DNA from: Somniosus microcephalus | Lineage: Eukaryota | Assembly (NCBI GenBank): GCA_052327205.1 | Contig: CM126229.1 | Location: 42,346,001-42,410,000 of the forward strand | Reading direction: 5' to 3' | DNA length: 64,000 bases | Shown: piece by piece, positions 23,678-36,201 of the stretch | Layout: each line of letters starts with the position of its first letter | Numbering within the stretch: position 1 is the stretch's first letter | Notes under the pieces: model-generated | Seen by the model: only the letters and a program-made list of their open reading frames with translations | The model's database searches: none | Told to the model about the DNA's origin: nothing | Made by a program: the position numbers and the translations under genes

Positions 23678-24559
23678 ATCACCACCCAGCAATCTTTCCT
23701 GGGTTATCTGTGTGGGCACTGAAGGAACATGGGATTGAGCTCAGCCGTGATGTGCCCTATAAAAGAACATTCACCATCTGGGTTCACACATTAAGAATGA
23801 CCGCTTGGAGGGTGCCTGGTCCCCGTGGAACCTGAAGCCCAGCACTGAGTTGACATGCTTGGGCAATGGGGAGAAAATTGGAAGCGGGGAAGAGGAGGTG
23901 TAAAATAAAAGGGAAAAGGAATTTAATCTAGAACCTGATATTAAGCCTATACTAAAAGAGTATGCGTCAGCCAAAGCTGGATGTAAAGCAGTCTGCTGGG
24001 CCTTAGTACTGTGCAGTCTCACGAGTTCTGCCACTGGGCCCATCGTGACAATTTTAGTAAGCTATGCCATCTGTCAGTGATGACCGATGTGTGAATCATC
24101 ACTTAACTCATTATTCTGCACCTTAAAAAATATGCTCCCCATACTCTTGCTTCCTTCACTATGGTTCTGAACTGGTCAGTTTCAAGTGCGGCTTTATTTT
24201 TATTTTTTTAAAAACCGTGTGTGCAAGGTAGCTCATTTCACTTTTGTGCACGACTGTTCTACGTGTACACAACGGAGCGTGGCACTTCTCCACGTTTGCA
24301 CACCGGCCAGTGGGCGTGCTCATATTTGTGTAGGCACAGGTATCTGTACATACAGTTCTTTAAAAAATATATAATCCCACTCCCATCCAGCTAAGAGATT
24401 TGGCCAGTCCAATCGAAGAATGAGGTCATGCAGTCACATTAAGACTGTGTTAATGCCACTCTTCCATCATGAGAGAGGTACACAAGATTAGTCCCAGAGT
24501 GACCCAAGTCACTGATTTTCTCCTTCTGCCTCGAGAACCATCCATCTTTCATCTGGCAA

Positions 24560-25050
24560 CTCTCAAGTGGACAGCTGCGATCAAACTCTCTCACTGTGCA
24601 CAACTGTGGCTACAAGCCGGCATTCCAGCACCCTGAATATTCCAAACATTTATTACCCTGTGAATAATAGAGAAATATATCGCTCTAAACTTTCCACTAA
24701 TTTAAAGTGATGCTCTCTGGTCCTACGAGCCTTGTTTACTAACTTAAATATTCCAGCTCTAAGTAGTCTATATGTACACATGTAATACAATGCCTTAACC
24801 ATCTTCTCTCTCGACTGCGAAGCTTCAGCCTCTCTAAACTTTCCTCATAGCTCACTCCCTTCACACTTGGGATCAGTCTTGCGGTTTTTCTTTTCACCCT
24901 CTCTGATGTATGTACCTCCTTTTTGTCGTGTAGTGACCGGAGTTTAACAATCTGCCCCAAATGGGGTCTCACCAATGCACAGCAAAACCTTAACATAACT
25001 TCTGTTGGCTTATATCCCAACACTCTATTGACTTTTTAAATTGCTACATC
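24560..25050 (-). mobile_element. Old CR1 3' fragment
   Basis: ORF 24739-25023 reads ALVRPHL...ERVKRKTARLIP. Confidence 0.75.
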
Positions 25051-25146
25051 ACAAATGATGATTGGAATCATCATTCAAGAGTAAATTACACTCAAGACAT
25101 GCGGTTAGGTTTCTCCTTTCTCTCCTGTTCCCCAAATGCATATATA

Positions 25147-26033
25147 CAGGAAACTCTTTGGTATCCGGCACCGACGGGGAGTCCAGAACCAGGGGTCACA
25201 GTCTAAGAATAAGGGGTAAGACATTTAGGACTGAAATGAGGAGGAATTTCTTCACCCAGAGAGTGGTGAACCTGTGGAATTCTCTGCCACAGAGGGCGGT
25301 GGAGGCCAGTTCATTAAATATATTCAAAAAAGAGTTGGATATATTTCTTAAGGCTAAAGGGATCAAGGGATATGGGGAGAAGGCAGGGACAGGGTACTGA
25401 ATTTGGATGATCAGCCATGATCTCATTGAATGGCGGAGCAGGCTCGAAGGGCCGAATGGCCTACTCCTGCTCCTATCTTCTATGTTTCTATGTTTCCCGG
25501 TTGATCAAAAATTCCGGATGACTGAGGGGGTTATCTACCGAGGCTATTTTTAACAAAGATAAATTTAAAAATCAAGAAATGTGCAGTATACAGTAATTGG
25601 ATACTCACCTACAGAATGTTGCGTTAAATGGATGGTGGAAGATGCTTGATTGAGTAACGTACTGCCAGTTGAGGGTAATGCAATGCAATGACTACCAGCA
25701 GCGTGGGAGACACACAGTACCCCTGCAAAATGGTGGATCAGAAGAGACTACCGGCAGCGCGGGAGAGTCAGACTCCTGTTATTGAGGTGTTCCGACTTCC
25801 GGCAGCATGGGGAGAGTCCGACTCCTGTTATTGAGGTGTTCCGACTCCCGGCAGTGCCAAGAAGCCGAGTAGTGGCAGTTTGGAGAACTACCCCCACTGA
25901 CTAACTCGGCCACCGCGGGAGACTCAGACTCGGACACATTGCCGGTTATTGAGGGGTTGTTTTCGGGGTGAGAATTTTGCCGGTTGAGAGAGAATTCTGG
26001 ATATTTAGGTGCCGTTTAAACAAGAGTTTCCTG
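25147..26033. mobile_element. Non-autonomous Tc1/mariner-pogo-like TIR element with a nested CR1
   Basis: TA|CAGGAAACTCTT...CGGCACC and GGTGCCG...AAGAGTTTCCTG|TA imperfect TIRs, TA TSD, and internal ~45-bp repeats at about 25750-25855. Confidence 0.8.
25175..25496 (+). mobile_element. Young 5'-truncated CR1 3' end, nearly identical to 13902-14222
   Basis: GESRTRGHSLRIRG...GYGEKAGTGY and the same (TCTATGTT)n tail. Confidence 0.93.
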
Positions 26034-26938
26034 TATTTTTATCATTGCCAGTTGCTCTGCTGCACATTGAGAGAAGAATGGAAGAGTTTGGACTGTGGTT
26101 ATTTCAATGACTGGTAGTAATGCTCTTACAGAATTGCACGTTTCTGTCCCTGAAAACACTGCGCGGAATAGTCCAGTTATAATATTCAGCTAGTTTGGTT
26201 TTGTACATTTTTTGCCTGAAGGTACGAATGGATGCAGAGAGGAGGTTCCCCGAGTGGTAGCAGCTTCCAGACACCTTACCAAAATGGCCATTCCTCACAC
26301 TCGAGCTTCAAATGAAACTCTGGATTCTCTAGTTATTTCTCTATGGGGGTCATCACAGCCAAACCCAACCTTGTGAACAACAGCCTCCAGAGTATAACAT
26401 TCAATGAAAAGAGGCCAGCCAATCAATGCTTGCCTCTCCAGTCCTCGAACTCTCCCCAGCCTAGCATCTAACTTCTCAATCTTTGTCTTGACTACCTTAC
26501 TTGGCAGTTTATTCCATTCATCTTCATAAATCCACAGAGATGCACAAGCACCCACTTCCCAGCAGAAATCACTGGATAGAGATCATGAGCAAGATCCTTT
26601 ATCAATTTTCTTATTCCTAGGCCAGAGAAACAGGGGCCATAACTTCCCAATGCAGTACTCGGTCAAATCAGCTAACAATACAGGCTAGTTAATCTGGGGA
26701 TGTCCTAATCTGTAGAATGCAATACCATACCACAGGGAGTATTGTAAGCATTAAGGTTACGCACCAAGGAACTTTTCAACATGTACATTTAATTACTCAA
26801 GTACAGTACTTTGCTTCTGTAAGAATCTAGTGTCTAGGCGGAAACTGTACCCTTAACGCTGAGGACTTGAAGCACTGTCACACAACTTGCACAAAAGCAT
26901 CTGTAAACTGGTACGTGCTGAATCCTTGAAATACTTAC

Positions 26939-26999
26939 CATTTGCATAAGGGCTGACCATTTTCTTATTAGTCATCACACGAGCTGTGGCATTGTTTAC
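26939..26999 (-). CDS. RBFOX2: RBFOX2 exon (VNNATARVMTNKKMVSPYAN-G), 61 nt
   Basis: CTCAG|GTA acceptor, ATG|GTAAGT donor. KKMVxPYAN is RBFOX2-like. Confidence 0.96.
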
Positions 27000-27559
27000 C
27001 TGAGGTGCACAGATCGACACAGAACCAGCACGTTAGACAAGGAAAAGGTCACAGAGTTTAATACACAACATGCAAGTCTAGCAAAACTAAGATAGATTTC
27101 CTCGAATTATAATGGCCATAACATTACGTTTGAATTAGAAGGAAAATTTACAAATTACTTTTTACACTTTAGCGTTTATTAATGATTTGCAAAACATCTT
27201 TAAATATTTTCAACAAGGACACTCAAATGTAAACCATTGTTTCTCAGGCAAACTCTTCTCCAGTTATCCCTATAATATTCAAACAACTGAATTCACAGGT
27301 GTTCACACGGATATCTTTAATTAATAAAGCCATTGTACAATTTGTTTGCTGGGAGTTTGAGGGAGATCAGCAGCTTTGTCTGCACTGGGACAAGTGAGTG
27401 ATTAGGAAATTAGGTACTTTATTTAGTCAGAATGGCAAGGTGGTTGGAGAAACTATTGGATGGAGCTCATCAGTGGCACAGAGGCGAGTATGAGTTTGGG
27501 CCAAGTGGGCCTCTAGAAATGAATTGTGGGACGGTTTGGGATCTGTTATAGTCGGCGAT

Positions 27560-28470
27560 ACACATTCGCAATAGAAAACACAACTGCTCAACAGGAAGGT
27601 AAGTTGTGTTTGGAAACATAGTTAACAGTGGAGGAGGATAGGAACGGACTCCAGGAGGATATGGACAGACCGGTGAAATGGGCAGACACATGGTAGGTGA
27701 GGTTTAATGCAGAGGAGTGTGAAGTGATGCATTTTGAGAAGATAGGAGAGGCGACATAAACTAAATGATACAATTTTAAAGAGAGTACACATGTACAAGT
27801 CTTTGAAGATGGCAGGACAAGTTGAGAAGGCTGTTAAAAAAACACACAGATCCTTGAATTTATAAAGAGGCATAGAGTACAAAAGCAAGGAAGTTATTCT
27901 AAACTATTATAAATCAATGGTTGGGCCTCAGCTGGAGTATTGTGTCCAATTCTGGGCACCACACTTTAGGAAGGATGTCAAGGCCTTGGAGAGGGTGCAG
28001 AAGAGATTTACTAGAATGGTACCAGGGATGGGGACTTCAGTGATGTGGAGAGACTGGAGAAGTTGGGGTTGTTCTCCTTAGAGCAGAGAAGGTTAAGGGA
28101 CGGTTTAACAGAGGTGTTCAAAATGATATGGGGCTTTGATAAGAGTAGATAGCGAGAAACTGTTTCCACTGGCAGGAGTGATGGTAACGAGAGGGCACAG
28201 AGTTAAGATAATTGATAAAGAATCAGCGGGGAGATGAGGAGCATTTTTTTAATGCAGCGAGTTATGACCATTTGGAATGCACTGCCTGAAAGGGTGATGG
28301 AAGCAGATTCAATAATAACTTTCAAAAGGAAATTGGATATATTCATGAAAAGGAAACATTTGCAGGGCTATAGGGAAAGAGCAGGGTGGAACTAATTGGA
28401 TAGTTCCTTCAAAGAGCCGGTACAGGCATGATGGGCCAAATGGCCTCCTTCTGTGCTGTAAGATTCTATG
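27560..28470 (+). mobile_element. CR1 3' fragment
   Basis: PQLEYCVQFWAPHFRKDVKALERVQKRFTR-type sequence, CR1 3'UTR and GATTCTATG tail. Confidence 0.88.
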
Positions 28471-31400
28471 AGATCCACATTTCCATGCATCAGATTAACC
28501 CCGGGGGAGTTGGAGTGTCTTCGCGAAGTCACCGAGGAGCCTGTTCCTTTTTATTTACTGCTTGAGAAATTTAGCTCTCAATATTCACTACATGTGCTGA
28601 CTCCTTCAAGCTTTCTTGCACCACACAGGATAACGTATGCGATGCCTTCTAGGTTGCACAAAGACAGCAATCAGAGCACAGAAATCCTTCACAACAGACC
28701 ATGAACTCCGGTCTCAGTGATGAGTTCGACGTGTCAAGAGTTGTAGTCATCAGTGCTTCTATGACACAGTCATTCATGAGTTACCAACACAGCATCAACT
28801 GAAAGCTGCATTTATTCCAGTGGGTCCAGGATAGATAGATGGCCTGATTCCATCCATGTTTGGTCATTTTTAGCTATGCAAAGGAACTGAAATGATTTCT
28901 ATTGATGGCAGGTCAGTAAAATGATTAGAAGCAGAATGATATGTTAACAGGGTGTTGTTCTGTTCAGCTATATAGCTAGGCTTACTCTCAAAGTTAAAAC
29001 TATTGTCTTTCAATAAACTAGAATCCAGGAAGTGGGGGGGGGGGGAAGAAAGAGAACTCACCTACATCAAGGTAGAACTTTGCCATGTTTCCCAGGTCTG
29101 GTTAGGGCTGAAATTATTACTCTTACCTTAAATGAATTGCACAGAATTACAGAAATTTCCGTGGGGACATTGTAGTACAAAGAGTAACTGTCGATTTCTG
29201 TGCGACTATCATCATGGTCTAGGGGCTTATCCTTAATCAGCTTCTTCCAATCATTACGGTTCAGGACACTCTCTTGTCCCTCATCGACAGTAAGATCCAT
29301 GCTGATATGGAGCACTTTTATGTTGTCATCCCATCTTATTCTGCCTTGTGACCTGACTATGGTTAACTAACATTCAATGCTTTAGGAATTCCACTCAAAT
29401 AAAGTGGTAAAAATTGAATAGGCTCTCCAACTGATTCAATAGGTAAACAAGATTGGCAGCACGGCCACTTTAGCAACGTGTGTCAGTGGGGTTGAGGGGG
29501 AGAATCAGCCAATATTCCCCTACTATTGCGGTTCAGTGACCTTTACTAGCAGTACATATAGACGGATGTCAGGTGAGGGAAAGATCAGCCTTAGCTGTGA
29601 TGCCCCTTCACGAATGAACAGCCTCATGACACTCGCTAGCTAGCCTCACAAATGAACAGTGCCACTTTGGGGAGGTGCTGGAGGGCTGCTGGTGGCTATG
29701 GAACCTTAAACCTACTTGAATCAGCATCTGCAGGAGGATTAAAAAGAGAAATCAGACAATGGAATGCCTTTTTAAAAAAAAGGAAAACTGGTGTCATTTA
29801 TAAAAATGTTTTCCCATGTTTTTAACTTGGAATAAATATATGTTAAAAATTAAACTGCTGCTTTTTCTTTTATTAAGTCACTGTAAATGGGTGGTCTTTG
29901 AGCAGGGACTGTCAGAAACAATGGACTCGATCAGAACACTTCGCAAAATACACTCACCCATCAAAGGTCTACACACAATGATTAGCCTGAGAAGCACCAG
30001 GTTTACCTTTGTTTGGCCACACACAAACGGATCTAAAAACCATGGAACAAAACAATGAAACAAGGAACATGCAAAAAAAAACCTTGAAAATTAAAAATAA
30101 AAGATAGTAGTGAAGGGTTTTAAACATTAGGTGAGGGGCAAAAGTCAGTTTCCCAGCAGTGTGCAACATGAGCACCGAGAAGGGCCAAGAACCATCGGAG
30201 AAGCCACACATTGAGCCAATAGAAAAGGAGGCACAATCCCAGAGAAACAGAGTAACCATTCACAGGCGTGACATACAAGGAAAGGGGGAGAGAGGGGGAA
30301 CAAGGACAAACAAACACAAAGAAAGGGTGCATTAATCAGCAAAACCGTAGTTAAAACTCTGAGTAAGATGTGTAGGAGTCACCATCAATCAACTACTAAA
30401 TATAGCTCAGGCTGCTTAAAAAAAATAAAATAAATATGTACAATCCAGTACAGGCGGCACCAAAAAACAGCATTGGAAAGGGGGGAAAACGACAAGTCAA
30501 GTCACATTCGTAGCGTTAAACGTGAAATGGCAGATGGGTTTCCTTTTTGTTTTGTGTTCGTTTGTTTTGTTTTCCTTTTTTGGTTCACTTACCCCCTTGC
30601 GTACCATCGCCAGCATGTATAGTTACCATGGTTACTGTGACTCAAGTGAAGGGCCCTAAACGCTACACCATCGAGGAGGGAAATATATAAAAAAAAGCAA
30701 AATATGCAAACATCTTACTCAAAAGGCTTTAAATGATTCATAAAGACCAGTCTGCATACAAGACAGAGCTGAGGAGGAAATCCCAGGCCTAAAGTTCATT
30801 TGGAATTAAGAAAATTCTATCCAAAATCACGAAACATTAACAAGGTTTCAGACCCTCTTTGGACAAGCGTACTCCAAGTTGTTTGCAGATTTAACTGGTT
30901 CGCAATAGACCCAAGGTCCAGGAGACTCAAAAAAACTTGTGTACAAGTCTAGTTATTATGAGAGGGGAGGGATAATGTCAAAGTTATTTTTTGTTTTAAT
31001 TATTCACCTTTTAATAATTTGCGATACAGGTAACTTAGTGATGAACATTTCAAGTAGTTTTGACCACTGCTCTATGGCCATCTGCAGCTGTTTGGAAAGG
31101 CAGTCCAAAGAAGCTCTACAGAACCTCGTTTACAAAAGGAGAGGCTAGCTCCACTGATGGATTCACCCCTCAGCACTGCATTGAAGAAAACTGACTCATT
31201 TATTTTTGTGTTTCGTTAGTTTTACCTCAGAAAACAAGGGGAACCTACTTGCACCCTGCTTTGAAAGACATAGAGGTAAAACTGGACATTCTCATTGCAA
31301 AAACAAAACAGAAAAGGAGCCTTGCACAACAGAGGCCAAAAAAAACACAAACATAATTCTGGTCAGCAAGGCTGGAGGAATTACTGTGTAAATTAAAGAG

Positions 31401-31563
31401 TGCAAGAAAGAGATTGGGGGGTAAGGGGGGAGTTAGAACAATGACGCACATAAGATGACCATCGAACAACCAGTGTATAAAATAAAAGGTGAGGCAAGAC
31501 ATTTAAAATAAATGTATAGAAGGAAACAATTTTTTTTTTGTTTTTTGTTTTTGTTTTTAAAGA

Positions 31564-31766
31564 CATGCACCTCTATTTTACGGCCCTCAACCACCGTGCC
31601 GTGTAATTTCTCCCTCGCCCTGTCGGCATCAGCACTAGATTCGAAAGTTACGAACCCGAATCCCTGCATGCGGCGGGAGAAGGGGGGAGAACAACATGCA
31701 CATCATTATAAATAGAACAAGTACATGACCACAATCAGCAATACTCTTCTCTCTCATCCTCATGCA
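31564..31766 (-). promoter_or_regulatory. RBFOX-binding (U)GCAUG cluster around the 93-nt RRM exon
   Basis: Plus-strand CATGC(A) at 31564-31569 (inside the 5' splice site), 31667-31671 (abutting the 3' splice site), 31695-31700 and 31761-31766. Confidence 0.85.
31571..31663 (-). CDS. RBFOX2: RBFOX2 93-nt alternative RRM exon ([31 protein letters not shown])
   Basis: GCATGCAG|GGA acceptor, GAG|GTGCATG donor. Contains the RNP1 GFGFVTF motif and is 93 nt, as in mammalian RBFOX genes. Confidence 0.97.
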
Positions 31767-33289
31767 TGTTTCTTGGAAAATTAAAAAATAAAATAAAAAA
31801 GTAAGCGGCGAGGCCAAACAAAACTGTACTCGTTACTTGGGCTGCTCATTAGTAATTGGGAGTTTGGGGCAGCCTTTTATGGGGGTAAGAGGAAAGGGAT
31901 GGATGAAAGCAGCAAAGAGCAAGATATAGAACTACTGAAAGCACATGGAGGTCAGTGCACTGTGAATTGTAACTCTTTCTTTAACGTGTGCCTGTGCGTT
32001 TTCTATAGCTAGCTTCTCAGCTATTTCAGAAATTGCTCTACCACTGTTGGCTCCCGAAGCACGCATTTTGCACAGCTAATGGAAACGCTAAAGGATATTT
32101 GTCCAGTTCGCTAAGGTAAGTAGCCATGAACATCAGTTTCTTATCAGATCTTGCTGGCTGTGGTCCTCAGGAATCTGACAAGTTTACTTAACTGTTGTCG
32201 CCAGCTGCATGAGACCATGTACGGTGAGCCAGTAGCGCTACCATGGCACTAAGTAACTACAGTTGATTTCAGGTGGAGCAATGGTGGGCAACAACTGGCT
32301 TCTTCCTTGCCAAGCTGCGTTGGCTCGGTGGGGGGTTGGGAAATCAGTCAGGGATCCTGCTGCTGATGGTTAGCCACTGACCTCTGCTGGAAAATCCAAT
32401 TAATAGAGGACAGCATCAGGCTCAGCTGTGACTTCCCAACAATTAGCTTGGCAACACTAAATGTCTAGGTCTCTTGGACAAGTACCAGAGAGTTGACAGA
32501 GCCTGTGGAACCACACACGAGCCAGAATCAGCCCTTTAGGAAAGATGGGGCGCAAAACACAAAGTATTCTAAATAAAATGACTTTTTTGTGAAAATGTAA
32601 TTATAATAATGAAAGAAATCAAAATAGTTCATCAATAGTATCCATTTGATTTTGCAATGCAAGAAACCCAAGTGCAACTCACTTCCCCCTACCTTCCTGC
32701 TTAATGCCATTCCCTATTTTTGTCAGTCTTGATGCCAAGAAGACTGCTGTTAATTAAATTTAGTGTGTGTGCGTGAGAGACAACTTTCAGCTGCCACAGA
32801 ACAGACTGTGAAAGGAGCCAGTGGAAAACTAACTGACCACATCAAAGCTGGAACTTTCTGAGCTACGTAGAAAGAAAGAAACCAACCCTGAAAGCCTCGA
32901 CAGAAGTAAAGCTCGGACTGTAAACATTCAGCGTATGGATCAAGTGTGTGATCATTAGTGATATTTTTCTTGCAAGAAATGCAATTTTTGATGGTGTGAA
33001 AGGGGCTGTTGTCGAGATAATGATGCAGTCAGTCAGTGGAGAGATGCTTTTGTAGGTTTGCCAGCAAAGCCAAGAACTATCTAAGCTTCAACAATTTACC
33101 ACAAACCCATGGACATGGGACACGTGGAAGTTATTCCACCCAAACTATTCTAATAAACACAAGTCAACTAATGGCACTCAATTCCTGGATTCTCTAAACC
33201 ACAGCATATTTTAACAGGGAATTGTCCAATCACATGTAATTCAAGGCCGTGTAGGAGCTACACTGAAAGGAGTCCCTGTTTTGGGGAAA

Positions 33290-33460
33290 GGGTGGCACCG
33301 TCAGAACACTGTCCTTTTCACCTCTGAAAGCTGGGTTCAAGCCAGCACAGACAGATGGTATGAAAGTCTCCGCTCTCAGCTAGAACAGCCCCAAGAGAAA
33401 TTCGTTTTGGCAGTTGCGATCCAGCTCCTAATGGGCAGAAGTCCACAGTACAAATGAAAT
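33290..33460 (+). mobile_element. Old LF-SINE-like tRNA SINE fragment (similar at about 17365-17530)
   Basis: CTTTTCACCTCT..GGGTTCAAGCCAGC head and ATCCAGCTCCTAATGGGCAG..GTCCACA body resemble LF-SINE from memory. The family assignment is uncertain. Confidence 0.45.
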
Positions 33461-34429
33461 GTAATTCGGCACTAACTAGCAATCTTGCTCATCGAGGTCA
33501 TAAGGATGGCGAGTATAGGAAATGGAAATGTCACAATGAAACAGTACAGGCTGCTCTTCTCATGCTGCATGTTGAAGCATGAGGAGCACTTTAAAAATAC
33601 AAGTTGGGGTTGAAGTGTTCTGCTCAAACAGTATATAAGCAGCTTTACTCTGCATCTAACCAGCACTGTGCCTCCGAGTATCCAATGTAACAAACACCAA
33701 GTGAAAAGAAAATAGAATTTTCAATTTCCAAACAGGGTCATTCCCTACCTTGATAAATGTTAAAATTCACCCAAAGATGATTAAATAAAATGACGGTCTC
33801 CCTTTTAACAGTACACAAGAGACCTGGTTAATGTTAATGTTTTAACACAGGAATTAAAGGCAAGTGCACTGCTACATTTAAATATTTCCAATCTACAAGA
33901 GGATATTTTCCATGTGCCTCAGTGAAGGTCCCACGTTATTTTTCTAGATCGATAGCAATACGCTATCACACAGCAGTCTTCAAGAAGTGAGTATTTAAGA
34001 TTTTAAAAATCCAGAATTTAAAAATGAAGCTCAATTCACAAATACTGTTTTGTTGCAAAAGTACAATATACAGTATAAGTTAACTTGTATTTTGTCATAT
34101 CTACCTACTTCTCATGCATTGTGCAGGCTCCATTTTCATCTTGCTGGTACCCACGATCTAACAGTTCCACACGCTTGGCCTTTCTTTGGCTGAGTGCACT
34201 AATGGGCCCATTAATCAGTCAAAAGGAAGGCGACCCACATTTTGTGCTGCCCTGACAGCAACTCCAGGGACCTCAGTTCACCCACTTTATATTGATAATG
34301 TGCTGGTGGTGGCAGGAGGATTGGGCACTTGCTGCCCACGACACATCATTAATGCAAAGCGGGTCATGCTGGACAGAACTGCCCAAATACAAGGCGGAAA
34401 ATTATTCTCACCCCTGATAACTGGCCATG

Positions 34430-36201
34430 TTCTGCTCATACATCAAAGTAAAACTCTGGTGATGAAAGTGATCTTATCAGAGACTATCTTAAATTAGCTG
34501 AGACAGCAGTAGGGACTGGGAAGGAAAATATAAGTAAGGGCTCTGACTGTGAAGTGTACATAAGTGAATGGCTGATTACACTTATTAAACCATCTTCTTG
34601 TTAATGTTATATAAATACTACTCTAATAGAAATAAAATTGAAATCAATTGCAGACAGTACAATGTCATGACAATACTGTGATAATAGTTTCAAAAAATGT
34701 AGTTGGGATGGACTGTTAGGGAAAAACAGGTCAAGATTTGGTAATAAGTCTGAAATTGATGCCAAATGAGAAAACGTCAATGTTCTAAATGATTATTTCT
34801 AATACTACATCCTATCCTGAAAAAAATCCCATACCTCTAACCTTGCTAGCCTTCATTGGCTTCCCACCCTTCAGTGCAGCAATTTCAAATTCCTCTCAGT
34901 CTTGCTCCTTCCCACCTCTGCAATTTCCTTCTGCCCAACATTCCTGAACATACTCTCTGCTCTTACAACTTTGGTCCATTGAATGTTGTTTTTTGGTTCT
35001 TACCTTTCCTTCTCTAAACTGCTTTGGCACACCACATCTCTCACCTTAAAAAGCCTAAAAACTACTTCAACAGTACTGCCATCTGTTTTCTTTCACCTCC
35101 CACCTACTCAGGTCTGACCCCCATTGTCAAGTACTTTGGAAAATATTGCTACATTAGAGATGCTATATGTCAACTTGCACTGAGTGCTAACTAGCAGAGT
35201 GGCTCAATGGCAGCACTTTTGCCCGAGTCAGGAGGGCATTAGTTCAAGTCCCACTCCAAGGCTTGATCACATAATCTCGGCTGATTTCAGTGCAGTACTG
35301 GGAGTGGTGCATTGTCAGAGGTGCCACCTTTCAAATGAGACATTAAACTGAGCCCTGTACAGGTGGATGGAAAAGATTCCATGGCATTATTCGAAGAAGA
35401 ACAGGGGAAGTTCTCCTGGTCTTCTGGCCAACATATATCCCTCAACCAACACTGCCAAAAGAGATTAAACAGTCTTTTATCTCATGGCTGTTTGTGGGAC
35501 CTTGCAGTGCACAAACTGACTGCCAAGTTTGCCTAGATAACAACAGTGGCTATACTTCAAAATACTTCATTGGCTGTGAAGCGCTTCGAGATGCCCCGAG
35601 GATGGAAAAGACACTATATAAATGCAAGTTCTCCCTTTCTTCAATAAATGTAATTTCTGTTGTATTATGGAATAATCACAAAGCAGGAGTCCACACCTGC
35701 AGAGAAGGAAGGAGAGAACCAGAGTGGAAAACAACAGATCTTGAAAGAACAGGACATAAAAGTTCTTCAAATTCAGGAAATCTTAAACATTGGAGTAGGA
35801 GGTCATATTCCCGTGACATGTGGACTCAGAATGGAAAACCCACCCCACGAAACCATTCTGCTCATACATCAAAGTAAAACTCTGGTGATGAAAGTGATCT
35901 TATCAGAGACTATCTTAAATTAGCTGAGACAGCAGTAGGGACTGGGAAGGAAAATATAAGTAAGGGCTCTGACTGTGAAGTGTACATAAGTGAATGGCTG
36001 ATTACACTTATTAAACCATCTTCTTGTTAATGTTATATAAATACTACTCTAATAGAAATAAAATTGAAATCAATTGCAGACAGTACAATGTCATGACAAT
36101 ACTGTGATAATAGTTTCAAAAAATGTAGTTGGGATGGACTGTTAGGGAAAAACAGGTCAAGATTTGGTAATAAGTCTGAAATTGATGCCAAATGAGAAAA
36201 C
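34430..36201. repeat. 346-bp direct duplication (34430-34775 and 35856-36201) with a 1080-bp spacer
   Basis: Both copies run TTCTGCTCATACATC...GCCAAATGAGAAAAC and appear identical by eye. Confidence 0.92.
35195..35640 (+). mobile_element. tRNA-derived DeuSINE (SacSINE1-like); a second copy at about 55605-55985 and a minus-strand tail at about 2120-2225
   Basis: A box TGGCTCAATGG, B box GTTCAAGTC, Deu-like GCATTGTCAGAGGTGCC..TTTC..ATGAGAC.TTAAAC, and tail CTATATAAATGCAAG. Confidence 0.75.

Noticed and set aside
35195-35270. tRNA gene
   Set aside because: The A/B boxes continue into a SINE body and tail, and no cloverleaf is evident.
34430-36201. LTR retrotransposon or TRIM bounded by the 346-bp repeats
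   Set aside because: No TG..CA ends, primer-binding site, polypurine tract or TSD, and the interior is old L2 and SINE debris.
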